Of a stretch of 64,000 nucleotides of DNA, positions 26,074-40,101 are shown in pieces. Location: assembly GCF_009914755.1 (NCBI RefSeq), contig NC_060932.1; one strand, written 5' to 3'. The notes below the pieces were generated by a model. That model saw nothing but the letters and a program-made list of their open reading frames with translations. It had not been told where the DNA came from and did not search any database. This DNA is from the human T2T-CHM13v2.0 reference genome, Homo sapiens. Position 1 is the stretch's first letter; each line of letters starts with the position of its first letter. A program made the translations under genes and the position numbers.

Positions 26074-26106
<33 letters not shown>

Positions 26107-26119
26107 CATGCACACACAC
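26074..26119. repeat. (CA)n microsatellite
   Basis: Direct inspection. Confidence 0.95.
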
Positions 26120-26132
26120 AGAGTTCACTGAC

Positions 26133-26261
26133 CCTTGGAGATAAGGAGAATTCAGACCTGCTGGATTTTCTTGGAAGAAGTGGGGATAGTGGAGATGTTT
26201 TCATTCTATGTCCTGGTGAGTCCACAGCAAGAGTGGGGGTTGTGAGGAGCAATTACAACAC
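26133..26261 (-). pseudogene. Putative Ser/Pro-rich linker exon
   Basis: Poly-T tract ending aatgag acceptor and gtcagt donor. PTLAVDSPGHRMKTSPLSPLLPRKSSRSEFSLSPR. Confidence 0.45.
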
Positions 26262-26299
26262 CTCATTTATTACATGAAATACAAAAAAAAAAAAAAAAA

Positions 26300-27130
<831 letters not shown>

Positions 27131-27225
27131 TAATAGTAATCTCTCAATAATGCTTTTTGTCTGATTTTAATACATCTCCCCTACTTTCTATTGGTTACCT
27201 TTTTCCTGCCATGTCCTTTTCCATT

Positions 27226-27580
27226 GTATTCTTTAGAATAAACTAAGATGCTGCAGCAAATATCAAATATACCAAAATAGAATCATGGTTCAGTACAGTA
27301 GAAGCTTTTCCCCCACAGTCCTGAGCAGGTATCAGTTCTCTGGAGATGCTGCTCCTCCAAGCTGTTATTCAGGGACTCCAGATGCTTCCATCCTGTTGTT
27401 CTACTATCCTCTAAGGTCTATCTGCACCTGTATGCAGCCAGATCCAGGAGAAAGGTCATGGTGAAAGGCATTGGGGAATCAATGCACCAGGCCTGGAAAT
27501 GGCACCTATCGCTTCCATTCCTACTACACACCACCATACCCAAGAAGAAGGGGGCATGAATTTTGTGACTGACCAATACA
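27226..27580 (-). mobile_element. MLT1 (MaLR) LTR, old subfamily
   Basis: attcagggactccagatgcttccatcctgttg and caggcctggaaatggcacctatcgcttcc motifs. Confidence 0.65.
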
Positions 27581-27689
27581 TATGTTGTTGAAGTGAACAG
27601 AAAGATAAAAGGGCATAATCATCACTCCTTCAGTTTGTTAGGAAAGGTTTCCTAGGAGTGGTAGATTCAGGTGTCTGAGTGGCAGAAGA

Positions 27690-28170
27690 GTGTTAGTATA
27701 ATTAAGAATATGAGCTTTTGAGACAGACAGACTTAGGTTTAAATCTTGCTTCTAGTGCTTACTAGTTGGCTCAGTTAGGTAATTTATTTCAAATCATCCA
27801 AGTAGTGATTTGAAATAAATCATACCAAAAACCATGAACTTTTTTTAAGGATTAAGGGAAATTAAATATTTGGAACAATTGGCTCGATCTCTGTCAAAAG
27901 GAAGTCTTGCTAAATGGAAGTAATTACCATTAGTTATTGGCTGGGTGAGATGAAAGCTGGAAAGAGAGGTTAGAAAGAAACAGTTTGGAATATGGTGAAT
28001 TTTGCCTTGTGACATTTGGTAAATTATTTAACATATTCTAGACCTTTGTTTTTTTCATCTACAAAATGAGCAAAATTCCTTATACCTGATAGATTAATAT
28101 GAGACACAAATGAAATATGCATATAAATGTTGGCATCATGTTCAATCCTTATTCATGATAATTATGATTA
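27690..28170 (+). mobile_element. Two MIR fragments
   Basis: MIR 5' (attaagaatatgagcttttgagacagacagacttaggtttaaatc) and core motifs. Confidence 0.7.
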
Positions 28171-28211
28171 TGGAAGTAAACTTGGTATATCAGGAAGGAG
28201 AAATTATTTAC

Positions 28212-29210
28212 ATGGTAAAAACATTTTTCCCCTTTCAGAGAGAATAACTGACTGTTTCAAACTCTCCACTTTCTCTCTCTTTAAACTCTTATTAAGATTT
28301 TGAATTTTCAAACCACAAATCTCAAGTATGCAAAAAATGCAAGTATTTTTCCTACTTTCTGTCCAAAACTCCTATGGTACCTAGAGCAGAAATTGAATTT
28401 TGCAATTTCAAGGGAAATTCATTCACTCAAAGTTTTTCTCAATCAATTCCAAGTAAACTCAGCCAATTTATGGTTCAGCACCTCCCTGACTTTGTGGGGC
28501 TCCTAAGAATTAGGAGACCCTTGAAGTAACTTAGCATCCAGGGTAAGACACTTTATTTTAAGTCATCAGCTATCCTGCTCACTTCCACTAAGATTTACAC
28601 AACTCTGTTTCATTAGGGGTTGTCCTTAGACCTCCTTGGCTGTCCTTTGTCCTCCTTGCTGTCACTGCTGCCTAGTCCCTGTCCACACGGCATGTGCATT
28701 CACCCCGGCTGCTGTCCTGACTACGACATCCCTTGGCACAACTGGATTTTCCACCATGGTATTCTGTATCTACAGAGATTCCACAGTATTCTGTATCTAC
28801 AGAGAACTCAACAGGACTGTCCCAGTCTCTCTGCCCTGCCCACTGTGCATCCACATCTCCTCTACTCCTTCTGTGTCATAATCACTTGGAAAAATATCTA
28901 CAAGTCTGTTGATTCCTCAGGTTCAAAAAGAAAAATCATGGTAATTTCTCTTTTATTTGAAGATGTCCCAAATCACTCGGGAGGTCCGGCATCTCCCTCT
29001 TTCTGAATAATCCCAGGAGAAGGGCAGAGGCAGAGCCCTTCAGAGAAACAACAACATCAAACTCATTTGCTTCCTCTCAGTGTTTCTCTTTTCTTCTCCA
29101 GATCAGATAATTGTTTCAAGTTTAGAGATATTTGATTTCACTTCACTATGAAAACTTGAAAGTCATGAATTTTATACCTTAAGCTCTGTGTTGTTGTGAC
29201 GATTCTTTCC
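28212..29210 (-). pseudogene. Large decayed exon: linker plus death domain
   Basis: DD part ~28490-28212: VLNHKLAEFTWN*LRKTLSE*ISLEIAKFNFCSRYHRSFGQKVGKILAF/LKIQNLNKSLKREKVESL (compare FADD RYPRNLTERVRESL). Upstream part is acidic and coding-like. Confidence 0.6.
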
Positions 29211-29453
29211 TAAGGACGAGAAGGTTTAGTTCAGACTTCCAGGGTGACCCCACACCTATTTCAGATCACCTTCTTTTCACTGAGAAAACAGAGGCATCAA
29301 AGAAGAAAGATGTCTCACAGTTGCCAAATCCAAGACACCTTGTACATCTTGTATACTCATGTTTGATGTCTTTCTAGCCTACCCCTGTCCTTTGGGACCC
29401 TGCCTCATTCCCTTCTCAAGGTGGTCTCACAATATAATTTTTTTCTTCCACAT

Positions 29454-29793
29454 CAGAGGTCAACAAATATTTCCTGTAAAGGACCAGATAGTAAATATTT
29501 CAGACTTTGCTGGCCATGCAGTCTCCGCTGCTACCTCAGAACTCTGCCATCATAGCAGGAAAGCATTTATAGATAATACATAAACAAAGAGGTCTGACTG
29601 TGTCCAAATAAAGCTCATTTATGGACACCAAAATTTGAACTTCGTATAATTTTCACATCAATAAATTTTTTTAAAAAAAGTTGTTAACCACTTACAAATG
29701 TGAAAACTATTCTTAGCTCACAGGCCATTAACAGTCTACAAAAACAGTCAGCAGACCAAATTTGGCCCACAAGCTATAGTTTGTTAATCCCTG
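29454..29793 (+). mobile_element. MER58B-like hAT DNA transposon
   Basis: cagaggtcaacaaa...tttgttaatccctg termini. 8-bp TSD ttc(c/t)acat. Confidence 0.9.
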
Positions 29794-29929
29794 TTCTACA
29801 TTATTTATCTCTCATTACTTAGCAGAAGATTGACAACCAGTTATATTATATGCTCCAGTATCTTATAAGTTTTTTAAAAATTATCTTCCTTTGATTCTAC
29901 AAGACTTTGTAGATACTATATTACTTCTC

Positions 29930-31730
29930 CGTCGATCTTTACGACAAAACTTCTTAAAACTATTGTACCAGTTAATCCCACATCCTCATTTTTCAATTAT
30001 TTTTAAAATCATGTTAATGTAGTTTTCATGACACCACTATTATGAAAGAAAAAAAAACTCTCATAAAGGTCATCAATTATCTCTGTTTCCAAATTGAGTG
30101 ACATTTTTGGGTCTACATTTTATTCAACTTGCCAACAGTTTTTAACCCAGCTGATGATAGAGACAGGAGACAGCCAAGAGTCCCCAGCGAAACACCACCT
30201 TCAAGCCTAAAACAGCCTGAAGATTGAAAAACCAGACTGCGGGTCCAGATGAAGCCCGCCCTTTCCCGACTGATTCTGATAATGCCCACCCACGCACTGG
30301 GAGAAGCAGGTGGAGCCACGGGAAGTCCGTGCCTTTTGTAGTGGGGAGGAGCTTGGCCTCTAGTTTCTGTGTGGTGGTCTGGTGTCCAATCTGTGAGGCA
30401 GGAGCCTGTTGGTAAGATTCCTTCTCGCTTTGCTGAGAGCTGTGTTTGTGTTTCCTTTCTCCTTTTTGACCAATAAATTCTACTCCTCACCCTTCTATGT
30501 GTCCGTGAGCCTAATCTTTCCTGGTCCTGTGACAAGAAACCGGTTTTAGCTGAACTGAGGAGAAAGTTCTGCAACACTGACCCCTCCTTTCTTGCCACAC
30601 CTCTTATTGCTTATGTGACTTCTAGTCCTCCTTCTACCACATGTACCACCCCTCAGCCTTTGCAGTGGACTTCCCTGCTTATGCCACAATTCCTTGGCAT
30701 TCTTCCTTACTTTCACTCTTTCTCTAAGTACTCTCATGTCTTTGATTCTAATCTATATTCTGACAATTCTGAAAATGTGTATTGCTTCAGCCCAGGCCAT
30801 TATTAAGATCTTCAGACTCAAGTAACCAATTGCCTACTTAGTATGTTCATGCATGTGTCTAAGAGGCTACTCAAAGTTGGCAAGTACAAACAGAACTGCT
30901 GATTTCTGTCTCTACCTGAATCTTCTTTTTCCTCCAGCCTTCTGCCTCCAAGTTAATGGCACCACCATCTACCCTGATACTCAAATCATCCTTGACCTTG
31001 ATTTCTCTTTTCCCCCACCCACTACATGTTAATAAATCTATTTCATCCTCTTCATTTTTGCTGTGCAATTCTAATCCAAGTCACCCTCTCTCTTAACTAA
31101 ATTGCTACAGCTATCCCTTTTCAGTCTCCCTTCTACATCTTAGCTCCTCCAATCCATTCTCTCTACACAGAATTGAAAGTAATTTTTTATGCATGAATTA
31201 AATCATTTTACAGCCTCCTGTGGCTTCCCATTGCACTACCATGACCTGCAAGAAGCTTCATGACTTGCCTTTTGTTTTCATTCCATGCCTCCTTTTCCTT
31301 TGATCGCTAGCTCCCAGCCACAACCACCTTCTTTCAGGTCCTCAACCACAGAAAGCTCTTTCTGGCCTCAGGGCCTTTGCATATGCCTTTTTCTCTACTA
31401 GAAATATTCTTCCTATGGCTTCTTAGATGTTTGTATTGAGGCCTGAGGCCTTCTGTAAACCTGATTCATAGATTTCCACCCCTGACATTTATTCTCTAAC
31501 CCAGCTTAGCTTCTATTACTAGTTATATTAATTACTTATGATACATAAGGTTTAAATAGATATATAAATACAGTTACATCTAGAAGTTATCTACTTATTG
31601 TTTCTCGTTTACTGCTTGTCTTTCTGACTAGAATGTAAGCTCCATGGAGTCACAGAGGTCTTTCTTCTTCACTGTAGTACACACAACTCCGTGCACTGTA
31701 ACAGACACACATTGGGAGTGAAGAAATGAA
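29930..31730 (+). mobile_element. L2 fragment (hosts a solo LTR)
   Basis: L2 RT remnant (aaaggtcatcaattatctc) and L2 3' end (gactagaatgtaagctccatg). Confidence 0.8.
30155..30576 (+). mobile_element. ERV1 solo LTR (MER61-like)
   Basis: TG...CA termini, internal AATAAA, 4-bp TSD ctga. Confidence 0.85.
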
Positions 31731-31971
31731 CACGTATGCTCTATTTCAACAAAAAACAAACACGCAAAAGTTGCTATGGACTAAATGTCTATGTCTCCCC
31801 TCCCACAAATTCCTGTATTGAAGCCCCAATCATCAATGTGATTATATTTGGAGGTGGGAACTTTAGGAGGTAATTAAGTCATGAAGGGAGAGATTTCATG
31901 ATGGGATCAGAGCGCTTAGGAAGATACAACAGAGAGATGATCTCTCTCTCCACTGTGTAAGGATAAAGACA

Positions 31972-32350
31972 TGATAAAGAAAATGTACATATACACCATG
32001 GAATACTATACATCCAGAATCATGTCCTTTGCAGCAACATGGATGGAGCTGAAGGCTATTATCCTAAGCAAACTAACACAGGAACAGAAAACCAAATACT
32101 CTATGTTCTCACTTATAAATGGGAACTAAACATTGTGTCCACAAAGAAGGGAACAACAGACATGAGGGCCTACTTGAGAGTGGAGGGTGGGAAGAGGGTG
32201 AGCATGGAAAAACTGCCTATCGGTACTATGCTGATTACCTGAGTGATGAAATAATCTGTACTCCCAAACCCTGGAGACATGCAATTTACCTATTTAACAA
32301 ACCTGCACATGTAAACCTGAATCTAAAATTAAAGTTAGAAAAAAAAAAAA
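31972..32350 (+). mobile_element. Old L1PA (L1PA13-16-like) 3' end
   Basis: L1 ORF2 end and 3'UTR with poly-A. Confidence 0.9.
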
Positions 32351-32479
32351 GGAACTCATTTACAGACCAGGAAGAGGACCTTTGCCAGAAACCAAAACTG
32401 GCACCTTGATCTTGGACTTCCAAGCCTCCAGAACAGTGGGAAATAAATTTCTGTTGTTTAGGCCACACAGTCTATAACA

Positions 32480-32833
32480 CAGATGTTTCTCAGCTTACAA
32501 CAGGACAGGTTACATCACAATAAAACCATCATAAGTTGAAAATATCGCAAGTTGAAATGTATTTAATACACCTAGCCTACCAAACATCATAGCTTAGCCT
32601 AGCCTACCTGAAATGTTCTCAGAACACTTACATTAGCCCGCAATTGGGCAAAATCATCTTACGCAAAGCCTATTTTATAATGAAGTGTTGACTATCTCAT
32701 GTAATTCATTGAATACTGTACTGAAAGTAAGAAACAGAACTCAAAGTACAGTTTCTACTGAATATATATCACCTCGGCACTATTGTTAAGTCAAAAAATC
32801 CCAGGTCGGGCCATAGTAAATCAAGAACCATCT
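32480..32833 (+). mobile_element. MER47A (TcMar-Tigger)
   Basis: cagatgtttctcagcttac..., acatcatagcttagcctagcctacc motif. Confidence 0.85.
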
Positions 32834-33129
32834 ATATTTTGTTACAGCAGCTCAAGCAGACTAAGAAAGCATATCTTAAAATGCTAAATTTGAACAAGAC
32901 TGTTAGTGACATCTAGCCTAATCCCCTCACTTTACAGATAAATAAGCTGAACTCCATAGTGATGATGGTGAACTGAACAAAGTCATGGGTTAAACAGGAC
33001 TAGAATCCAGTTCTTTCATTTCTAGCCCAAGGCTGTTTGTTCTATGTCACAGGGGGAAAGAACAGAGATAATAAGAGTAATCTTTGTTCTATGCTTTATA
33101 CCCTTTTTTTTAAATTAAGGTTAATGTTT

Positions 33130-33456
33130 TCAACGTTTAAATAAGTTGCTAGAGGATAGGGACAGTCCTTTTAATTTGCTTAATGCAGCAAAAAGGGAGA
33201 TCGCTGTATAAATTTTTCCAGACATTTTGTTTATAGCCTTAGAGTCAGTGTCCAGTAGAATTTAAATTGAATTTAACCTATTTTTAATATTTCAAACCAT
33301 AGATGGTTCATGTTTTCCATATAAAATCTGCAGTTCCATCTTAGTATTTTGCATTTCCATCCTCTTTTTCCACCATCAAGTGGTCTGGCTCTCCCAGGAG
33401 TGTGGCAGCCAGATGACAAATGCTCTTCCAAATAACCCCAGGAGTGGTTTCTCCTT
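33130..33456 (-). pseudogene. Decayed death-domain segment
   Basis: WKSICHLAATLLG...EK/RMEMQNTKMELQIL/MNHLW, then SGKIYTAISLFAALSKLKGLSL. Confidence 0.6.
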
Positions 33457-33699
33457 CTGCACCAGGGCTAGGCAGCCAGCTCAGAGAGTGGAAAGAGCAG
33501 GGGCTAGAAACCAGGCACCCCAGTTTACAATCCTGGCTCCACCACTAATTCCCTGTGTCACTCTGGACAAGCTGCTTAAACACCCTGGCCATGGTCCCCT
33601 GGTTTGTAGAATGAACAATTCGGAATAAAATCTTCTCAAAGCTTTCAGACAGCTCTAGCCTTCTATGGTTCTATTTTCTACACATTAAATAAATCTTTG

Positions 33700-33970
33700 C
33701 ACCAAAACGTTAATTCATCTTATTTCTTTCTCTCCCATTTATGTTTTTTTGGATTCCTTCTTCATAAGGTGACCTCCTTAAAGAATCTTCTCCTCTTCTC
33801 AAAATCCACATCACTCCTGAGAATGTCAATTTCCTTTCCATGTTTTGCTCTGGCCTTCTCAAGCTGTTGCCTCAGGCAAGGAAAGTCTGGATGTCATGGG
33901 GATCAATTACCCAATAGGTAGCCTCAGTACATGCTCCAGGTACCCATAAGGCTAAGATTTCTGGATGTTC
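33700..33970 (-). pseudogene. Decayed coding exon (charged linker)
   Basis: Strong acceptor ctttctctaatatttttcag. EHPEILALWVPGAC.../LRQQLEKARAKHGKEIDILRSDVDFEKRRRFFKEV. Confidence 0.55.
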
Positions 33971-34459
33971 CTGAAAAATATTAGAGAAAGCTTTCATGAC
34001 CTCTGAAATCTATCCTTTCACTGCCAATGGTAGTCAGACATATACCCAAATATCCAAGAAGAACAAAAGCCTTTTGTTTAAAAATATTCTACTCTCTGCT
34101 TAAATTGGGGGCACTAAAATTACTTAACATCATCCTTATCTATGCCAGGAGCCACTCTAGAGACTGGCTGCCTTAAAAGGAAGTATCGTATTCTTTCATT
34201 AATTTATGTATTTAATGAATATGTTTTCAGTAATTACTACACGCTGAGTATTGTGTTATATCCTGGAGACCCAGAAATAGAGAAAATGCTAATCACTGTC
34301 CTCAGAAAACTTGATCCCCCTGCAATGCTGACAAGTAAATATGCAACTACAGTTCAAAATGATAATTGTTATAATTTCCTTATATAGGTTTCACAGTTAT
34401 TTTGAGTGATATATTGAAGGTCAGTGGGTTAATCTAGTCTTGGGCTTCATGTGAAGTAT

Positions 34460-34825
34460 AAGAAGGGTCCGAAGTGGAAAGGTGGGCGAGTGGTCATTTC
34501 ATCCTCACGGTATGGGGCAGTCTTTGAAAAAGCTAGCCACATTTGGGAGGAATCCAAGACTCTGCAGTGTGATTTTGAAGTTTCAGGCTAATGGCACACA
34601 CTCTACGCAGGCTTGTTAAGAGCCTCTGAGCTTTGCTTAAAAGCTGAAGCTTGCTTTTCACCCCAGCTCTTGATGTTTTGCTATAGGAGAGTCATGATTT
34701 TCCATAGAGAAATTCCTTAGTCCATCTCCCAGTAGGAACAAGAGAGACCAGAAGCCACATTTTCCCCACCAGCTGACACAATGTCCTGTGGCACCATTGA
34801 GAATGCGTGTGGAATTATTATCTCT
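34460..34825 (-). pseudogene. Decayed PIDD-like death-domain exon
   Basis: ENVASGLSCSYWEMD...NIKSWGEKQA/KAQRLLTSLRRVCAISLKL; compare PIDD1 DD AVALHLGVSYREVQ...LFSWAERQA. Confidence 0.7.
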
Positions 34826-34954
34826 CTAGGTGATTTGGAAAAGGTGGGGGTTTTGCCTTGTTATTGTGGGGTTGATATTTCAGTTATAATACATTCTAGT
34901 TGCCTTTATTCCTTAACTATAGTACAAAGCCAGAGTGTATGGTAAACCTTAGGA

Positions 34955-35230
34955 TAATAATAATAACAAATAATTAACAGCTATTGAGCATTGGCTACAC
35001 GCAGAACATGGATTTTTAGTTCTCTAAGTGCCTCTTCTCCTTTAATCCTCCCAATACTCCTATGAGGTAGGTACTATCATAATCATCCTCACTTTACCAA
35101 TGAGGAAACTGAGGCTTAGAGAGACTAAATAATTTGCTCTATGTCACAAAACTAATAAGTGGGAATGCTGAGGTTTTAACTGGAAGTCCAACTGATCATA
35201 GCCTGCATGTTTACTCACTAAGCTATTTGC
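34955..35230 (-). mobile_element. MIR SINE
   Basis: tttaatcctccc...tgaggaaactgaggcttagagag core. Confidence 0.9.
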
Positions 35231-35410
35231 CTCAAAGCTTTAAAAATATATACTCCTGAGATGCCAATTATTTTGGATGCTAAGTAATTTGAAACATGAT
35301 GGTAGAATCAAATTGAAAAGTTCTTAAAAATGAGCAGGACAAAAACTTCAGATGAGTTGTAATTATGAAATAAGAGAGTTCAAAGAGTTTCTTCTGTCCC
35401 ACCCAACCAC

Positions 35411-35904
35411 CTGCAGCCCACTCTTCTGGGTATGAATTGCCCTCACTGGCTATTAGAACAAAATGTGTAGGTGCAACAGAATAAATGGATCACATCAAAG
35501 TGATTCATCTAGATATTCCATCACCAACTTCTTTTCTTGCTCTATTCCAATAAGATAGTTGCTCCTTCAGGCAGGTCTATAGAACTCATCCATCTCAGTT
35601 CTAGGTATTTGATTTTACCTTTCCAGCTGCCTAGAATACCCTCCATACAGTGTATGGCTATATGAATTATGACTCATAAGATCAATTTCTGTCCACACAT
35701 CCTCTCTGCACCAACACATGAGCATTGATTAATTTGCATATCAGTCAAATTAGCTGGCCAGATAGGTGGGAAATATCAAAGTCAATAGGTTCACTAATCT
35801 TATCTGGATCAACACGTGAGATTAGCTACCTCGCATAGAGCCTCTTCTAGGAAAGGCATGAACAGCAACAACCCTGGGACAACCAATCACAGAAATGGAA
35901 TTCC
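35411..35904 (-). pseudogene. Decayed death-domain exon
   Basis: Acceptor tttctatattttatcatag. FLEEALCEVAN/DFDISHLSGQL/TEIDLMSHN/EGILGSWKGK. Confidence 0.55.
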
Positions 35905-36279
35905 CTATGATAAAATATAGAAATCCTAAGCATGCACTCCTACATTCTCTTAACACATGAATGTTTAACCTCTGGCCAGAAGCTCTAGATGTCAAAGCAA
36001 CTATATCTCTCACATCCTTGGTCATACCCAGAGTGTCAGTCTAGCCAGCCACTAGAGAGAGAATGAGAGCCCTTCCACATCTACAGGACTATTCATTAAC
36101 CATAACACTCATCCATCCAGAGCTTTAAGCACAGAGGCCTTTTACGCCTACCCCAAAATAATATATATGTACGCATATGTGTATTCATAGGAAAGTTTGA
36201 CTTAGGTAGGCTGAATTAATTTTATATTGAATATTTTTATTAATTTGAATATAAATATAAATTATTTGAAATGGCTACC

Positions 36280-37058
36280 TGCACTGGTTTTCCCTTATTG
36301 TAGCAAATACAGCGGAAACAATACAAAACGATTCAATGAAGGTCTCAGACTCCCTATAGCTTTCCCATCCTCCTGTCTCCTTTGTGCCAATCATTTACAC
36401 TACTTTTTCCAAATTTGTCTTTCAGCATTTATGCTGACAGTTTGCTCCATGTCCAGTTTTATGCACTTTGCTAAATTTTATAATTAAGTTGCATATAAAT
36501 TTCTAGTTTAACATTTTGGAGTGCCAAGCAGGCCATTTTGATGAGTATTTATTGAAGGAATAGATACTTGTCAGATATTCACTGAATGAGAGATTGACCA
36601 GATGCTGAGAGTGAAGAGAACACGACCACAAAACTCCAATTTTATGGGTGCATAAAATTGAACTCCTAACCCTCAGCACATGCAAAAGAAAAACATGAAT
36701 ATTATCTAAATTTTTAAAGGCACATTAGCCTACACATTTCAGATTTTTAAATTACATGATAAGATAAGGGTAAATGGGGCTCTCCCCAACTTGCAGGTGG
36801 GAGCCACAGGCAGAATACAACAGTGATTTGATTGAGCTTTTTCCACCGAATTTCATTGCCTCTTAAAAATGGCCAAAACATCCACGGAACAACTTTATGC
36901 TGATTCACTCAAAAACTTGAAGGCACACTCTTGTGATTTCTTATTCCTGTTTTGTGATCAAGTATTTTTGTGTCTGCAAGTAAAGTACAAGTGTAAAATC
37001 GATTAAGAAGGATGGAGACTACTGCAAGTCTGATTCCGAGAGAATTTTTTTACCGTGA
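36280..37058 (-). pseudogene. Two decayed death-domain segments (37058-36790; ~36670-36280)
   Basis: ILSESDLQ/SQECAFKFLSE/EAMKFGGKS; and SKWPAWHSKML/DMEQTVSINAERQIWKK/GKAIGSLRPSLNRF. Confidence 0.55.
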
Positions 37059-37470
37059 CTGCAAGGTAAACCCATTACTTCTTGATGAGGTGTTTTCCCT
37101 TGTTTCAACCCTCAAATTTAATACTTACCAAAAAGAAAAAGGAAAATAGTTTGAGTGTAAAATAATATTCTAAACTATTTAACACACCATAAAGCTGAGG
37201 GATGGGAAGGAAGAAGGCAAAAAAATGAATATTTATGGTTACTTAATAGATTTTTTAAAAATTCAGAACCAACGGTTTGAAAGTCTGACTTCTGTTTAAG
37301 TTACAGAAAATAAATGGGATATGCTGTGGTGGTGGGGCTACTCAAACCCTAGGCAAACTGCCAGGGCAAGTTGCTGTCTAGTGTGCTTTTCTTCCTTGAT
37401 TGGGTATTAGTGTTATCCACAGCAGAGGAATATGAGAAATGTAAATTTTAGTCAATGATATTTAGCATAG

Positions 37471-37929
37471 TGTGGTGGGCTGAATTATTTCCCCCACACA
37501 CACACCCATCTACATCCTAATCCCTGGAACCTGTGAATATGCTACCTTTTAGGGTAAAAAGCACTTTGCAGGCATTATTAAGTTAAGAATCATGAGTTAG
37601 CAAGATTATCATGCATTATTTAGATGGGCCCAATATAATCATCATGGTCCTAATAAGAAGGAGGCAGGAGGATAAAGTCAATAAAAGATGATATGATAAC
37701 AGAAGCGGTGATTGGAATAAACTGCCTATGAGCTGAGGAATGCTGGCAGCCTCTGGAAGCTGGAAGAAGCAAGGAATGGATTCTCTATAGCCCCCTTAGG
37801 AGCATCCAGCCCAACCAGAACCTTGATATTAGCCTCTTAAGACTCATTTTGGACTTCTGACCTCCAGAAATGTAAGAGATAAAGTTGTATTTTTTAAAGC
37901 TCTATGAGCAGCAATAGGAAACTAGTATA
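37471..37929 (+). mobile_element. MLT1D-type MaLR LTR
   Basis: atcctaatccctggaacctgtgaatatg..., ...gcagcaataggaaactagtata. Confidence 0.9.
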
Positions 37930-38141
37930 ACAAGGGAAATAAATCTATTCTGAGTGCCAATATACTTACCTTCTATTCCAGCTTTGTCACTAATTTGCTA
38001 TGTGACTTTAAGTATATCCTCTAACCTCTCTGTATTTGGGTTTTCTAAGAAATATAATAGCTTGGAGTAGAGAAGAGATAAAGCAGAGCTTGAAAACTGG
38101 TGGTATAGAATTTGGAATTGGCCTGTTAAATATGTTGTAAA

Positions 38142-38402
38142 CACTTTGAAAGGCCAAGGCAGGTGGATCACCTGAGGTCAGGAGTTTGAGACCAGCCTGA
38201 CCAACATGTTGAAACCCTGTCTCTACTAAAAATACAAAAATTAGCCAGCTATGGTGGTGCATGCCTCTAGTCCCAGCTACTCGGGAGGCTGAGGCAGGAG
38301 AAGCACTGGAACTCAGGAGGTGGAGGTTGCAGCGAGCAGAGATTAGGCCACTGCACTCCAGCCGGAGTGACAGAGTGAAATTCTGTCCCCCAAAAAAATA
38401 AT
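38142..38402 (+). mobile_element. 5'-truncated AluS
   Basis: Starts at cactttg; otherwise a typical dimer. Confidence 0.9.
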
Positions 38403-38418
38403 AATTAAAAATATATAT

Positions 38419-38705
38419 AGCCGGGCACAGTGGCTCATGCCTGTAATCCCAGCACTTGGGGAGGCCGAGGCAGGCAGATCACCTGAGGTCGGGAGTTTGA
38501 GACCAGCCTAGCCAACATGGAGAAAACAGTCTCTACTAAAAATACAAAAAAATATCTGGGCATGGTGGCACACGCCTGTAATCTCAGCTACTCGGGAGGC
38601 TGAGGCAGAAGAATCGCTTGAAACCAGGAGGCAGAGGTTGTGGTGAGCCAAGATCATGCCATTGCACTCCAGCATGAGCAACAAGAGTGAAACTCTGGCT
38701 CAAAA
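38419..38705 (+). mobile_element. AluSp/Sq-like SINE
   Basis: gaggtcgggagttt and aacatggagaaa diagnostics. Confidence 0.9.
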
Positions 38706-39007
38706 TACATATATATACACATCTATATATATATAGATGTATAGATACATATGTATGTATATATGTACATATGTATCTATATATATACGTATATACATAT
38801 GTATATATATGAGCGAGAGTGAAACTCTGGCTCAAAATATATACATATATACACACACACATCTATATATAGATGTATAGATATATATACATATGTATAT
38901 ACATATGTGTGTATATATATGTATATGTGTGTATATATGTACATCTATATATATATACACACACACATATATATATATACACACACACACACATCTATAT
39001 ATATATA
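38706..39007. repeat. (TA)n/(TATG)n/(CA)n compound repeat containing a duplicated Alu 3' end
   Basis: gagtgaaactctggctcaaaata occurs twice (~38685 and ~38817). Confidence 0.9.
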
Positions 39008-40101
39008 GCTGAAGCCAGGGAGCCAAGTAGCTGGCTCGGCGGGTCCCACCCGCCTGGAGCCCAGCAAACTAAGATCCACTGGCTTGAAATTCTCACTGCC
39101 AGGACAGCAACAGTCTGAGATCCACTAGAGGGACGCTCGAGCTTGGTGTGGGGAGGGGCATCTGCCATTGCTGAGGCTTGAGTAGGTGGTTTTACACTCA
39201 CAGTGTAAACAAAGCTGCTGGGAAGTTGGAACTGGGCAGAGCCCACTGCCGCTCAGCAAGGCTACTGTGGCCAGACTGCCAGATTTCTCTTCTCTGGGCA
39301 GGGCATCTCTGAAAAAAAGGCAGCAGCCCTAGTCAGTGACTTATAGATAAAACCCCTGTATCCCTGGGACAGAGCACCTGGGGAAAGGGGCAGCTGTGGG
39401 CGCAGCTTCAGCAGACTTAAACATCCCTGCCTGACAGCTGTGAAGAGAGCAGCAGATCTCCCAGCACAGCCTTCAAGCTCTGCTAAGGGTCAGACTGCCT
39501 CCTCAAGTGGGTCCCTAAACCCCGTGTATCCTGACTGGGAAATACCTCACAGTAGGGGCCGACAGACACCTCATACAGGAGAGCTCTGGCTGGCGTCTGG
39601 CAGGTGCCCCTCTTGGAAGAAGCTTCCAGAAGAAAGATCAGGCAACAATCTTTGCTGTTCTGAAGCCTCCACTGGTAATATCCAGGCGAAGGGGGTCAGG
39701 AGTAGAACTCCAGCAAACTCCAGCAGACTGGCAGCAGAGGGGCCTGACTGTCAAAAGGAAAACTAACAGAACAGAAAGGAATAGCATGTCCACTCAAAGA
39801 CCTCATTCGAAGGTCACCAATATCAAAGACCAAAGGTAGATAAATCCACAAAGAAGGAAAGAAACTAGCTCAAAAAGGCTGAAAATTCCAAAACCAGAAT
39901 GCCTCTTCTCCTTCAAAGGACCACAGTTCCTCCCCAACAAGGGAACAAAACTGGACAGAGAATGAGTTTGACGAAGTGACAGAAGTAGGCTTCAAAAGGT
40001 GGGTAATAACAAGCTCCTCTGAGCTAAAGGAGCATGTTCTAACCCAATGCCAGGAAGCTAAGAACCTTGAAAAATGGTTAGAGGAATCACTAATTAGAAT
40101 A

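Larger units (their letters stand above)
31772..32867 (+). mobile_element. MLT1A-type MaLR LTR with nested L1PA and MER47A
   Basis: tgctatggactaaatgt... start and ...gcagactaaga end. Confidence 0.85.

Noticed and set aside
28620-29006. Cys-rich plus-strand ORFs (metallothionein/KRTAP-like appearance)
   Set aside because: No ATG start or family motif; better explained as the antisense of the minus-strand fossil exon.
30113-30598. 161-aa minus-strand ORF
   Set aside because: Lies almost entirely within an ERV1 solo LTR.
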